Part shown: positions 27,967 to 38,196 of the stretch, piece by piece
How the letters are laid out: every line of letters starts with the position of its first letter
How positions within the stretch are numbered: position 1 is the stretch's first letter
Assembly: GCA_963619835.1 (NCBI GenBank)
Contig: CAVEYD010000003.1
Coordinates: forward strand, 1-51,110
DNA length: 51,110 nucleotides
Direction of reading: 5' to 3'
From: a bacterium
Lineage (GTDB): Bacteria > Bacillota > Clostridia > Christensenellales > CAG-314
Notes under the pieces: generated by a model
The model's input: only the letters and a program-made list of their open reading frames with translations
Database searches by the model: none
What the model was told of the DNA's origin: nothing
Position numbers and translations under genes: made by a program

Positions 27967-29505
27967 ATGAGCGTTGCTATTCAATTAAAAAATTTAACAA
28001 AAACTTTCGGCAATGTTGTTGCCAACAAGGATGTCAGTCTTGATATCAATCAAGGAGAAATTCTTGCAATTTTGGGAGAAAACGGAAGCGGCAAAACAAC
28101 TTTAATGAATATGATTGCCGGCATTTACTATCCGGATTCCGGTAGCATTGTGATAAATGACGAGGAAGCATCCATCACATCTCCCAAAGATGCTTTTTCT
28201 TATGGTATAGGAATGATTCATCAACATTTCAAACTTGTTGATGTTTTTACCGCTACCGAAAACATTGTACTTGGCGTTGACGAAAAGTACAATCTTAATC
28301 TTGCAAAAAAACGTATTTTAACGATGAGTGAAAAATACGGATTCAATATAAATCCGGACAAAAAAGTTTACAACATGTCCGTATCTGAAAAGCAAACAGT
28401 CGAAATTGTAAAAGTTTTGTATCGCGGCGCGCAAACTTTGATTTTGGATGAGCCTACGGCAGTACTTACACCTAAGGAAATTGAAAAGCTATTTGACGTT
28501 TTGCGTGCAATGAAGGCGGACGGCAAGTCGATAATAATTATTACTCACAAACTTAACGAAGTTATGGAAATTTCCGATCGTGTTGCCGTAATGCGAAAAG
28601 GTGAGCATATAGCAACCGTAAATACAAGCGAAACCAACCCTCAACAATTGACTGAATTGATGGTAGGTAAAAAAGTTTCGCTAAATATCGAACGCACCGA
28701 ACCGCAAAATGTCGAAAAGCGTTTGCAAATATCTAATTTGACCGTAAAAAATGCTGACGGTTATCCCGTGCTTGACAATATCAATCTATCTGCATACGGC
28801 GGAGAGATTTTAGGCATAGCCGGTATTGCAGGCAGTGGTCAAAGAGAATTGCTTGAGGCTGTTGCCGGACTCCAACACACGCAAGTAGGATCTTCCATTG
28901 AGTACTATCCGGAAGAAAACAAGGTTGAACAGCTTTTAGGTAAATCACCTGCAGCAATTCGCAAGCTTGGTGTGCGTCTGTCGTTTGTTCCGGAAGATCG
29001 TCTTGGTATGGGACTTGTCGGAAACATGGACATTACCGACAATATGATGCTTCGTTCTTACGAAAACGGAAAGGGTATTCACTTAGACAGAAAAACCCCT
29101 GAAAAATTAGGAGAAGAAATTATTAAAGAACTGCAAGTGGTCACGCCCGATAATCGTACACCGGTGAGAAAATTATCCGGTGGAAATGTTCAAAAAGTGC
29201 TTGTGGGAAGAGAAATCGCGGCAGGTCCTACCGTGCTTATGGCAGCCTACCCTGTTCGCGGATTAGACATAAATTCGTCATTTCTTATTTACAACTTGTT
29301 GTCGCAACAAAAGAAGATGGGGGTTGCAGTAATATTTGTCGGAGAAGATTTGGACGTATTGTTAGAACTTTGCGACAAAATAGCAGTTATTGCCGGCGGA
29401 AAGATAGTAGAAGTTTTGGACGGACGTACTGCTACAAAGGAACAAGTCGGTGCGCTTATGACCGGTCACAGAGTGATTGCCGAATCGGAGGAAACAAATG
29501 ACTAA
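27967..29505 (+). CDS. ABC transporter ATP-binding protein, duplicated ATPase (NupO/RbsA type)
   Basis: 512 aa with two Walker A motifs (GENGSGKTT and GIAGSGQRE), a signature LSGGNVQK and a Walker B ILDEP. Confidence 0.92.
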   Translation: MSVAIQLKNLTKTFGNVVANKDVSLDINQGEILAILGENGSGKTTLMNMIAGIYYPDSGSIVINDEEASITSPKDAFSYGIGMIHQHFKLVDVFTATENIVLGVDEKYNLNLAKKRILTMSEKYGFNINPDKKVYNMSVSEKQTVEIVKVLYRGAQTLILDEPTAVLTPKEIEKLFDVLRAMKADGKSIIIITHKLNEVMEISDRVAVMRKGEHIATVNTSETNPQQLTELMVGKKVSLNIERTEPQNVEKRLQISNLTVKNADGYPVLDNINLSAYGGEILGIAGIAGSGQRELLEAVAGLQHTQVGSSIEYYPEENKVEQLLGKSPAAIRKLGVRLSFVPEDRLGMGLVGNMDITDNMMLRSYENGKGIHLDRKTPEKLGEEIIKELQVVTPDNRTPVRKLSGGNVQKVLVGREIAAGPTVLMAAYPVRGLDINSSFLIYNLLSQQKKMGVAVIFVGEDLDVLLELCDKIAVIAGGKIVEVLDGRTATKEQVGALMTGHRVIAESEETND

Positions 29506-30616
29506 CACAAAAACGAGAGAACCTCTTTTTCATATAACTCGTCGAGCATCTTTGCCGATTTGGAAAAAAATTGTAATATATGCCATCGCGGTTTTGGGCA
29601 GCTTGTTGTTGTGCTGTCTTATTTGCGGATTGTTTGCAAAAAAGAATCCGTTTATGGCTTTTTCGTCTCTTTTCAAAGGAGCTTTTCTCACGTCTCGCAG
29701 AGTAGGCACATTGTTTAGAGACACAGCTTTATTGATGATGGTTTCACTTGCTGTTGTATCTTGCTTCAAAATGAGGTTTTGGAACCTTGGAGCTAATGGT
29801 CAAATTCTTATGTCTTGTTTGGCAACAACCGCTTGTATGTACTATCTTGGTGGTAAAATAAGCAACACAGGGTTAAATCTAATTATGCTTTTGTTCGCTG
29901 TGATCTTTGGCGTAATTTGGTCGGTAATACCGGCAATATTCAAGGCATATTTTGGGACAAACGAGTCGTTGTTTACTTTAATGATGAATTATATTGCGGC
30001 AGGTCTTGTAAATTTTTGTGTAAACGAATGGGCTAAAGACGGTTCTGCCGTACTCAATCCGTTAAGTGAAGGTCACCTTCCTGTAATTGGTAACGATTAC
30101 ATGTTAATCATCATTGTTTCGGTTGTAGTAACGGCGCTGATGGTAGTTTATTTTAAGTTTAACAAACACGGCTACGAAATGTCGGTTGTCGGCGAAAGCG
30201 AAAACACGGCAAAGTATATTGGAATCAATATTCGCAAGGTAACAATCCGCACCCTAGTTCTTTCCGGTGCTATTTGCGGCCTTGTGGGATTGCTTATTTC
30301 GGGAGCAATCAACTTTACCGTAAACGACGCAATGCATTCGGATATGGGTTTTACTGCCATCATGACTGCGTGGCTTGCTAAATTTAATCCCTACGTAATG
30401 ATTGCAACATGCTTCTTTGTTATGTTTTTAACAAAAGGTATGGTGCAAGTAAAAATGGATTTTGACTTTACCGACAGTGCGATTTCCAGTGTTGCCCTTG
30501 GCATAGTTTATTTTTGCATTATTGCTTGTGACTTTTTTGTAAATTATCAAGTAAAATTCAAAAAGAACATTTTTACTAAAGGAAACAACTTACCAAAAGA
30601 GGAGGCAAAACAATGA
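29498..30616 (+). CDS. ABC transporter permease (NupP-like)
   Basis: The ATG at 29498 follows GGAGGA and overlaps the ATPase stop by 8 nt. Multi-TM. Confidence 0.88.
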   Translation: MTNTKTREPLFHITRRASLPIWKKIVIYAIAVLGSLLLCCLICGLFAKKNPFMAFSSLFKGAFLTSRRVGTLFRDTALLMMVSLAVVSCFKMRFWNLGANGQILMSCLATTACMYYLGGKISNTGLNLIMLLFAVIFGVIWSVIPAIFKAYFGTNESLFTLMMNYIAAGLVNFCVNEWAKDGSAVLNPLSEGHLPVIGNDYMLIIIVSVVVTALMVVYFKFNKHGYEMSVVGESENTAKYIGINIRKVTIRTLVLSGAICGLVGLLISGAINFTVNDAMHSDMGFTAIMTAWLAKFNPYVMIATCFFVMFLTKGMVQVKMDFDFTDSAISSVALGIVYFCIIACDFFVNYQVKFKKNIFTKGNNLPKEEAKQ

Positions 30617-31581
30617 GTACATCTTTTTTTGTCGGAGCAATTTCAATAGGAATTGTGCTTTTGTATGGTTGTGTAGGAGAAATAATTACAGAAAAAGCCG
30701 GACATCTTAACTTGGGAATTCCGGGAATAATGTGCATGGGAACAGCCGGTGGTTGCTACGGGGTGTCTCTTTATATGAGTATGATAGCCGACAAAAACTC
30801 TGCCGTATTGTTGCCGCTAGCTCTGTTTGCTATCCTTTTTTCAGCTCTGTTTGCAGGAATTGGCGGACTTATTTATGCCTTTTTTACGGTATCTTTAAGA
30901 TGCAATCAAAATATCACAGGGCTTGCTCTTACAACTTTTGGTTCGGGTTTTACTCAATTTTTTATGGACAACGTTGTTGATCGTACATATTTACCCAAGG
31001 CCGCAAAGGTACTTTCTTGCGGAATTCCCGTTTTGAGTGATTGGGGATGGTTCGGAGAAGTGTTTTTCTCGCACGGAATCTTGGTTTACCTTGCAATAGC
31101 TATTGCCGTATGCACATCCGTTGTTTTTAAAAAGACCAGAATCGGTTTGCAATTAAGAGCCATTGGCGAAAGTCCTTCAACTGCGGATGCGGCAGGCATC
31201 AACGTTACCGCGTACAAATATACGGCAATTTTGACAGGTAGCGGAATTGCAGGCCTCGGCGGAATGTTTTATATAATGGACTACATCAAGGGCAGTTGGG
31301 AATCTGCTTCGACAATCGAATCATTCGGTTGGCTTAGTATTGCACTTGTAATATTTACGTTGTGGCGACCGGCATTATCTATTTTGGGTTCAATAGTTTT
31401 TGGTGCATTGTACATTTTGTCTATCTCGGTAAACGGAATATCTTTCAGCCAAATGAAACTCATGAAAATTATTCCTTACGTTGTAACGGTAATTGTGCTT
31501 ATTATCACAAGTGCAATCGGTGGAAAGAGCGTTCAAGCCCCTCGTTCGCTTGGATTAAATTATTATCGAGAAGACAGATAG
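30613..31581 (+). CDS. ABC transporter permease (NupQ-like)
   Basis: 322 aa, multi-TM, with a 4-nt overlap with the preceding permease. Confidence 0.88.
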   Translation: MSTSFFVGAISIGIVLLYGCVGEIITEKAGHLNLGIPGIMCMGTAGGCYGVSLYMSMIADKNSAVLLPLALFAILFSALFAGIGGLIYAFFTVSLRCNQNITGLALTTFGSGFTQFFMDNVVDRTYLPKAAKVLSCGIPVLSDWGWFGEVFFSHGILVYLAIAIAVCTSVVFKKTRIGLQLRAIGESPSTADAAGINVTAYKYTAILTGSGIAGLGGMFYIMDYIKGSWESASTIESFGWLSIALVIFTLWRPALSILGSIVFGALYILSISVNGISFSQMKLMKIIPYVVTVIVLIITSAIGGKSVQAPRSLGLNYYREDR

Positions 31582-31669
31582 CTTTAAAAATGCGAATTGC
31601 AAACAAACTTGTAGCGGATAACTCTTCCAAACAAATTTAAAATATTACAGGTAAGTAAAACGCATATAG

Positions 31670-31708
31670 AGCACTCAAATTCCCTAGTGGTTTGAGTGCT
31701 TTTCTATT
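31670..31708 (+). terminator. Rho-independent terminator of the nucleoside transporter operon
   Basis: AGCACTCAAA-11 nt-TTTGAGTGCT followed by TTTTCT. Confidence 0.75.
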
Positions 31709-31870
31709 TATTTTTTGTAAATAAGAAAAGATGAAAAGCGTAGCAAAAAAATAGTAAACAAATATTTACTATTATGTTGAAAATTAAGCACAAACATGCT
31801 ATCATAGTAGTACAAAAATAAATTTATCGTACAAATATATAAAATTCGTTTGTGCCTAAAGGAGATTGTT

Positions 31871-33187
31871 GTGAAGGAAAAATTAACCATAAGTCAAAAA
31901 ATTGCAAAATTAAAATTTAAAAAGCCAAGCAGATTTTGCAATTCTTTTCTAACGACCGTTGCCGGTGCTTTGTATAAAAAAAGTTGTAGTGTAACAATAA
32001 ACAGTAGTGTAGATCTTAAAAATTATAAGGGCAAGCCTCTTCTTATCGTAAGTAATCATGCTTCCAGAATGGACTATGCATTTGTTTGCTTTGCACTAAA
32101 AGGAAGACGCATAAACTTTGTGGCTGCTGAAAATGAATTTCATCGTTCTAAGTTTAGTTTTGCTTTTAGCATGGCACATATAATTCCCAAAAAGAATTTT
32201 GTCCCTGATATCACAACTATTCGTGGTATGGCGCAAGTGTTGAAAAAAGAGAAAGAGCCTACCGTTTGTATTTTCCCATGCGGAATGAGCACAATTTCCG
32301 GTGCGCAACAGCCATCCATGCTTGGTAGCGGAAAAATGCTCAAACACTTTGGCGTAACGGTTTTGGGTGTTCGCATTCATGGTGGATATTTTGTAAGTCC
32401 AAAGTTTGATATCACCGAAAGACACGGAAAAGTTGAAGTAGAATTGTTTGAAATGTTTAGTCCCGAACAATTGGCAGAATTATCTGCAGATGAAATTCAG
32501 GAAAAAATGGATGAACAAATTTACACCGACGATTGCGAGTGGAATAAAGAACGTCAAAATTCTTACAAAGTTCCAAAGAACGGAGCTGCCTACAACCTGC
32601 ACGAGTTGTTGTATAAGTGCCCTGCGTGTGGTGCAGAAATGCAAATGCATGGTGAAGGTGACACAATTCGCTGTCTTGCTTGCGGAAACACTGCAACTCT
32701 TGACGACAAGTATAACCTCAAACCTACAAAAGGAAGCAAGGTTCCGGAAAACATTGTAAAGTGGTACAACAATCAACGTCGTGCCCTAAGAAGGCAAATT
32801 TTACAAGGCAATTTTGTCTTGGAAGAACATGTTAAGCTTGGCATTTTGCCGGACTATGACTATCTAAAAAACAACGAGATTTGCAAGTTTGTCGGAGACG
32901 GAACGCTTCGTTTGGATATGGAGGGCTTGCATTTTATCGGAACACGTGACGAAAAACCGTTTGAAGTTCACATAAAGAGTGATTTGGTCAATGTTTTGTG
33001 TATTCCTACAGACGGAACACTTTGCTACACTTATGCTAGCGGAGAGTTTTTGGAGTTTGTTCCCGATTCTCCAAGCAGCATTCGTTGGTCACTTGCAGTG
33101 GAAGAGGTGTATCGTGCAAATGGTGGAAAGTGGCAAAATTACAAATGGTTTGACTACGAACATGACGATCCTTTAATTGAGGGATAA
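31871..33187 (+). CDS. PlsC/LPLAT-family acyltransferase fused to a Cys4 zinc ribbon and a C-terminal domain (paralog 1)
   Basis: GTG start at 31871, 5 nt after AAAGGAGA. HX4D block NHASRMD, a divergent block III (IFPCGMS), a CPACG..13 aa..CLACG ribbon, then ~150 beta-rich aa. Confidence 0.75.
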   Translation: MKEKLTISQKIAKLKFKKPSRFCNSFLTTVAGALYKKSCSVTINSSVDLKNYKGKPLLIVSNHASRMDYAFVCFALKGRRINFVAAENEFHRSKFSFAFSMAHIIPKKNFVPDITTIRGMAQVLKKEKEPTVCIFPCGMSTISGAQQPSMLGSGKMLKHFGVTVLGVRIHGGYFVSPKFDITERHGKVEVELFEMFSPEQLAELSADEIQEKMDEQIYTDDCEWNKERQNSYKVPKNGAAYNLHELLYKCPACGAEMQMHGEGDTIRCLACGNTATLDDKYNLKPTKGSKVPENIVKWYNNQRRALRRQILQGNFVLEEHVKLGILPDYDYLKNNEICKFVGDGTLRLDMEGLHFIGTRDEKPFEVHIKSDLVNVLCIPTDGTLCYTYASGEFLEFVPDSPSSIRWSLAVEEVYRANGGKWQNYKWFDYEHDDPLIEG

Positions 33188-33212
33188 TTGCAAAAAAAAG
33201 TGAATAAAAATC

Positions 33213-33249
33213 AAAGCATTTTTAGAAAATCTAAAGATGCTTTTTTTTA
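33213..33249 (+). terminator. Rho-independent terminator between the two acyltransferase paralogs
   Basis: 12-bp stem AAAGCATTTTTA/TAAAGATGCTTT with a 7-nt loop and a T-run. Confidence 0.75.
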
Positions 33250-33413
33250 TTGACATGTTTTTTTGGTAGGTTAATTGACTTGTTTTCTTGAAATGGAATA
33301 GCTTCATTGTAAAAACATTTAACAAAAGTGAAATATTCTATTGCATAAATAAAGTGCGTATGATACAATACGATTGTTGCTATGCAACATGAAATTATTA
33401 TTGGAGATTATTT

Positions 33414-34643
33414 ATGTCTAAAAAAACTGACGGAGTAAAACGTCCAAATATTTTTTGGTACTGTTTAGAGCGCATAATAGAATTTTTCTATTTTTTGTTT
33501 GTAAAAGTAAAAATTACACGCAAAAATTGCAAAGGGTTAAAAGGCCCCTATCTTGTAATAGGAACGCACTCTTCGTTTGCCGACTTTCCAATGTGTAATC
33601 GCGCCACAAACAAGCGTCTTACTTGGGTAGTGTCTGTTGAGGAGCTTGTAGGAAGGGCTTATGTTATGCGTAGTATAGGCGCAATAACAAAGCACAAGTT
33701 TACAAACGAAGTACAACCGGTAAAAAACATAATGACTTCTATTCGTCGCCTAAACACATGTTGCGCATTTTTCCCGGAAGCAAGATTTTCTCTTATAGGA
33801 AAAAACGAACCGATTGACAAAGCGCTTGGAAAACTCGCTAAAACTTGTAAGTGCCCGGTAGTTGTAATTATTATGCACGGAAACTTCTTGCGTTCTCCGC
33901 AGTGGTGCAAGCACCCCTACAGAAATGTGCCGCTTGAGGCAGAAATGATTCAAGTAGCAACGCTTGAAGAAGTTAACAGTTTGTCTGCAGATGAAATTCA
34001 AAAACGAATAGAAGACGTTTTTGTGTACAACGATTATCAATGGCAGTTAGAAAACAAAATTAAAAACACAAGCAAAATGCGTGCACACAACATTCATAAA
34101 GTTTTATACCAATGTCCGCATTGTCATACCGAACATGAAATGATGTCCGACGGAACAAAATTGTGGTGCGAACATTGCGGAAAGTCTTGGACCATGGATG
34201 AATACGGACAGCTTATTGCAGATGATGGCAATAATATTTTTACCGATCCCACAAAGTGGTACGATTGGGAATTTGAAAACGTCAAAAATGAAGTTGAAAA
34301 CGGCACGTATAAATTTTTTGATCAAGTGCGAGTAGAACGTCTTACCGGACCGGATAGTAAGTTTGAACCGTTAGAAGGTTCGGCAACGCTTACTCAGGAT
34401 GAAAATGGCTTTCTTGTTGAAGGTACGTTGGAAGGCAAGCCGTTTAGATTGTTTAGAGAAGGTATATCTATGAGCTCTGTGCATATTGAGTACGATTTTA
34501 AAGGACGTGGAAATGCAATAGACTTATATGACGGACAAAATTCTTATTGGGTTTATCCTATCAACCAACCTAAAAATATTACAAAAATGCATTTTGCACA
34601 AATTGCCATTTACAACAAACTTGTCAACAAATTAAAAAAGTAG
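33414..34643 (+). CDS. PlsC/LPLAT-family acyltransferase fused to a Cys/His zinc ribbon and a C-terminal domain (paralog 2)
   Basis: HX4D block THSSFAD, block III FFPEARFS, and a CPHCH..13 aa..CEHCG ribbon. Shares LSADEIQ, LYxCPxC and KWY landmarks with paralog 1. Candidate promoter TTGCAT-17-TACAAT upstream. Confidence 0.75.
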   Translation: MSKKTDGVKRPNIFWYCLERIIEFFYFLFVKVKITRKNCKGLKGPYLVIGTHSSFADFPMCNRATNKRLTWVVSVEELVGRAYVMRSIGAITKHKFTNEVQPVKNIMTSIRRLNTCCAFFPEARFSLIGKNEPIDKALGKLAKTCKCPVVVIIMHGNFLRSPQWCKHPYRNVPLEAEMIQVATLEEVNSLSADEIQKRIEDVFVYNDYQWQLENKIKNTSKMRAHNIHKVLYQCPHCHTEHEMMSDGTKLWCEHCGKSWTMDEYGQLIADDGNNIFTDPTKWYDWEFENVKNEVENGTYKFFDQVRVERLTGPDSKFEPLEGSATLTQDENGFLVEGTLEGKPFRLFREGISMSSVHIEYDFKGRGNAIDLYDGQNSYWVYPINQPKNITKMHFAQIAIYNKLVNKLKK

Positions 34644-34672
34644 TAAAATAAAACAAAAAAAGGACTTGCAAA

Positions 34673-36055
34673 ATGATTACAGTTGTTGGAATGGGAAGAA
34701 AAAAAGGAGATCTTACTTTTGACGGAGCAGAAGCGATAAAAAAAGCTGATGTTGTTGTCGTTCGTTCACGTTTGACGCATGCTTGGAGTACCGTTCAATC
34801 AATCCGCTCCGATGCGTTGTGTTGTGATGAATTTTACGAAACAGCTTCCGATTTTGACTCTTTAACCAAAAGTATTGTTGATTTTCTTCAATCATTTGGC
34901 AACAAAAAAGTTGTTTTTTGTGTTGTGGGTGACGGATCTCAAGACACAGCATGTCAATTGTTGCCGGACTGCAAAGTAGTAAGCGGCGTAAGTCTCTATT
35001 CGGCTGTTGTTAAAAATCATATCCCTTCCGGGTGTTCTGTTTATACGGCAACAGATCTGCTTTTGGCAAAAAGAATTTTGCCCTGTCCCTTAGTGGTAAC
35101 CGCTCTTGACGATAAATATGTCGCAAGTGAAGTGCAGTTAAAACTCTTGCAAGCGTTTGATTTTGATACACCGGTTATAATAACCGAAAAAACACAAACA
35201 AAAACGATTGCTTTAGAAGATTTGACAAAACAAAAATTTGACTACCAAACGTCGCTACTGATTATTCCTAAAAACTTAACGGATCGTCACGTTTTCGATT
35301 ATTACGATTGTGCCGATGTTTTGGCAATATTGCGTAGCGAACATGGATGTCCGTGGGATAGGGAACAAACACACAAGTCAATAATAAAAAATTGCATAGA
35401 GGAAGCTTACGAACTTGCCGATGCATTACAAAAGGAAGATTCCCCTCATGTAGTGGAAGAACTTGGAGACTTGCTTATGCAAGCATTATTCCACATTGAA
35501 ATTGCTTTCGAAAACGGAGAGTTTGAGCCGAACGATGTGTACACGGGATTGTGCCGTAAACTGATAGACAGACACCCGCATGTATTTGGTGAAGTTGTGG
35601 CAACAAACAGTACGGATTCCCTTTCTGTTTGGGATGCACAAAAACAAAAAGAGCACAAAATTAAAAATGTTGCAGAAAATGTTTTGGATGTGCCTCGTAG
35701 CATGTCGTCTCTAATGCGTGGACAAAAGGTTCAATCACGAGCAAGCAAAGGCGGATATGATTTTGAAAATATCACACAAGTTGTAAACAAAGTTAACGAA
35801 GAATTGTCCGAGTTTTTAAATGCAAATTCCAACGAAAAACAAATGGAAGGTGGCGATCTGTTGTTTGCCGTGGTAAATTTGCTGAGACTAAGCGGCGTTG
35901 ACAGCGAAACGGCACTTATGGAATCGACTGAAAAATTTACTCGAAGAGTTGTTGAGTGTGAACGTATTCTTTCAAAGCAAGAAAAGTCGTTAAAGCAACT
36001 TTCGGCTGAACAGTTTGATTTGGTTTGGAATGAGGCAAAGAAAAATGTCGGTTGA
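34673..36055 (+). CDS. yabN: YabN-type fusion: tetrapyrrole-methylase-like N-domain + MazG nucleoside triphosphate pyrophosphohydrolase
   Basis: 460 aa. MazG motif HGCPWDREQTH with tandem MazG repeats. N-terminus MITVVGMG..ADVVVVRS resembles the methylase fold. Confidence 0.85.
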   Translation: MITVVGMGRKKGDLTFDGAEAIKKADVVVVRSRLTHAWSTVQSIRSDALCCDEFYETASDFDSLTKSIVDFLQSFGNKKVVFCVVGDGSQDTACQLLPDCKVVSGVSLYSAVVKNHIPSGCSVYTATDLLLAKRILPCPLVVTALDDKYVASEVQLKLLQAFDFDTPVIITEKTQTKTIALEDLTKQKFDYQTSLLIIPKNLTDRHVFDYYDCADVLAILRSEHGCPWDREQTHKSIIKNCIEEAYELADALQKEDSPHVVEELGDLLMQALFHIEIAFENGEFEPNDVYTGLCRKLIDRHPHVFGEVVATNSTDSLSVWDAQKQKEHKIKNVAENVLDVPRSMSSLMRGQKVQSRASKGGYDFENITQVVNKVNEELSEFLNANSNEKQMEGGDLLFAVVNLLRLSGVDSETALMESTEKFTRRVVECERILSKQEKSLKQLSAEQFDLVWNEAKKNVG

Positions 36056-37004
36056 TGATTTGTTCAAAAATTCATCTGTCAAAACAATGCTTGCCCCGAT
36101 GGCGGGTTACACAGACATTGCTTTTCGCAAAATTTGCCGTGAGTTTGGTGTAGGACTTACCGTTACGGAAATGGTTAGCGCAAAAGCGCTTGTTATGAAA
36201 AATGCGCTAACAAAAACAATGTTAGTAAGAGACAACTGCGATGCGCCTTGTTTTTGCCAAATTTTTGGACATGAGCCCGAAGTTATGGCAGAATGTGTTG
36301 CTTTCCCGGAAGTTAGTGCTTTTGAGGGTGTAGATATCAATATGGGGTGCCCCGTCAAAAAAATTGTTTCAAACGGAGACGGCTCCGCTTTAATGGAAAA
36401 CTTATCTTTGGCCTCAAAGTGCATATCTTCTGTAAAAAATGTTTTAAAAGAAAAGTTTCTTTCGGTAAAGTTTAGATTGGGTGTCGAAAACGACAAAGGT
36501 GTGGCAGATTTTGCAAAAATGTGTGCCGACAGCGGAGCAGATTTCATAACTGTTCACTTTAGAACACGTAAACAGATGTACAGCGGCAAAGCCGATTTTT
36601 CATCATTGCCACAAATTGTCAAATGCGGAATTCCTGTGTTTGCCAACGGAGACGTTAAGTCAAGAGATGATTATGTTAGACTAATAGAGCAAGGCGCATA
36701 CGGCGTAGCTGTAGGACGTTTTGCAGTAGGACATCCACAAGTTTTTGCCGAGATAGCTCAAAGTGAATATAGTGCAGACCTGTTAGATATCATTTTTAGA
36801 CAAACAGCATGCTTAAAACAAGTATATTCCGACAAGGTTGTTGCAAACGAAATGAAAAAACATATTTGCGGTTATCTAAAGGGCAAGAGAGATACAAAAA
36901 ACACGCTTATAAAAGTCAACACAAGCAAAACAACTCAAGAAATATTGCTGTTTGTGGAAGAGTATTTTTTGAAAAATCCACAGTATAGATACGTAAAATC
37001 TTAA
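36045..37004 (+). CDS. dus: tRNA-dihydrouridine synthase
   Basis: The ATG at 36045 overlaps the yabN stop. LAPMAGYTDIAFR and DINMGCPVKKI. Confidence 0.9.
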   Translation: MSVDDLFKNSSVKTMLAPMAGYTDIAFRKICREFGVGLTVTEMVSAKALVMKNALTKTMLVRDNCDAPCFCQIFGHEPEVMAECVAFPEVSAFEGVDINMGCPVKKIVSNGDGSALMENLSLASKCISSVKNVLKEKFLSVKFRLGVENDKGVADFAKMCADSGADFITVHFRTRKQMYSGKADFSSLPQIVKCGIPVFANGDVKSRDDYVRLIEQGAYGVAVGRFAVGHPQVFAEIAQSEYSADLLDIIFRQTACLKQVYSDKVVANEMKKHICGYLKGKRDTKNTLIKVNTSKTTQEILLFVEEYFLKNPQYRYVKS

Positions 37005-37012
37005 ATTATTCG

Positions 37013-37038
37013 CAAGCAAACGATTTTTCGTTTGCTTG
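37013..37038 (+). other. Perfect 10-bp hairpin after dus (weak terminator or processing site)
   Basis: CAAGCAAACG-attttt-CGTTTGCTTG. The downstream sequence AATTAT is a poor U-tract. Confidence 0.45.
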
Positions 37039-37055
37039 AATTATAGAAGGACACA

Positions 37056-37547
37056 ATGATAAATATAGTTTTAGTAGAACCGGAAATACCACAAAATACA
37101 GGCAATATTGTTCGTACCGCCGCAGCAACTGCAAGTGCGGTACACCTAGTAAGGCCACTTGGCTTTGATACAAGCGATCGCATGTTGAAACGTGCAGGAT
37201 TAGATTATTGGAAAGATTGCACAATTTACTATTGGGATAGTTTTGAGGAGTTGCAAAAAGCATATCCACAAGGAGAGTTTTATTTCTTTTCAACCAAGGC
37301 ACAGCACAACCACACAGAACCTTGTTATCCTAAAGATGTTTTTTTGGTGTTTGGCAAGGAAACAAAGGGTTTGCCCGAAAAACTAATCCACGACAATTAT
37401 TCGCACGCTGTACGCATTCCAATGATTGCCGATACACGTTCGTTAAATCTTTCTAATTCAGTTGCGATAGCTGTTTATGAAGTTTTACGGCAGCACGATT
37501 TTGACGGATTTAATTTTATTGGACATTTGCGTGAATATAGCGACTAA
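37056..37547 (+). CDS. trmL: tRNA (cytidine/uridine-34 2'-O)-methyltransferase, SpoU/TrmL family
   Basis: 163 aa, EPEIPQNTGNIVRTAAAT..RAGLDYW. Confidence 0.88.
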   Translation: MINIVLVEPEIPQNTGNIVRTAAATASAVHLVRPLGFDTSDRMLKRAGLDYWKDCTIYYWDSFEELQKAYPQGEFYFFSTKAQHNHTEPCYPKDVFLVFGKETKGLPEKLIHDNYSHAVRIPMIADTRSLNLSNSVAIAVYEVLRQHDFDGFNFIGHLREYSD

Positions 37548-37642
37548 TTTTTGCAAAAATATATTGTTGAAAATTACGCGGTTTTGTGGTAGAATAACAA
37601 AAAGAGAAAAATTTCTTTTAAGTATAGGATGAAAGCTAAAAT

Positions 37643-38185
37643 ATGTTGATATTGGCCAGTCAATCGCCTCGGCGCAAAGAGTTGTTAAAAAAAATCTGTA
37701 AAGAGTTTCAAATTGTTCCTGCGGACGTAAACGAACAAAGCAATTTTGAACTGCCGAGACAAAGAGCTCAAGAAATAGCTACACACAAGGCTCTTTCTGT
37801 TTTAAGACACAATATCGATGCAACTGTTATCGGCTGTGATACTATAGTGGATTTGAACGGCAATGTTTTGGGAAAGCCATCAAGCAAAGAGGAAGCAAAA
37901 AATATGCTTCAAGCTCTTAGTGGTAAAACACATTTTGTTCATACCGGAGTGTGTGTGGCAAGCAAAAACAACGTTTTTTCAGATGTTGCTACAACCAAAG
38001 TAGAGTTTAAAAAACTGTCTGATAAAGAAATAGATGACTACATAGCAAGTGGTTCGCCAATGGACAAGGCCGGAGCATACGGAATACAAGATAGCAATTT
38101 TGTTTCTAAGATAGATGGCAGTTATGACAATGTAGTCGGTTTTCCTACAGAACTAATTAGAGAAATTTTTCAAAGTATAAAATAA
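37643..38185 (+). CDS. maf: Maf-family nucleoside triphosphate pyrophosphatase
   Basis: 180 aa, MLILASQSPRRKELL..GAYGIQD. Candidate promoter TTGAAA-17-TAGAAT upstream. Confidence 0.92.
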   Translation: MLILASQSPRRKELLKKICKEFQIVPADVNEQSNFELPRQRAQEIATHKALSVLRHNIDATVIGCDTIVDLNGNVLGKPSSKEEAKNMLQALSGKTHFVHTGVCVASKNNVFSDVATTKVEFKKLSDKEIDDYIASGSPMDKAGAYGIQDSNFVSKIDGSYDNVVGFPTELIREIFQSIK

Positions 38186-38196
38186 GAGGTACAGCT

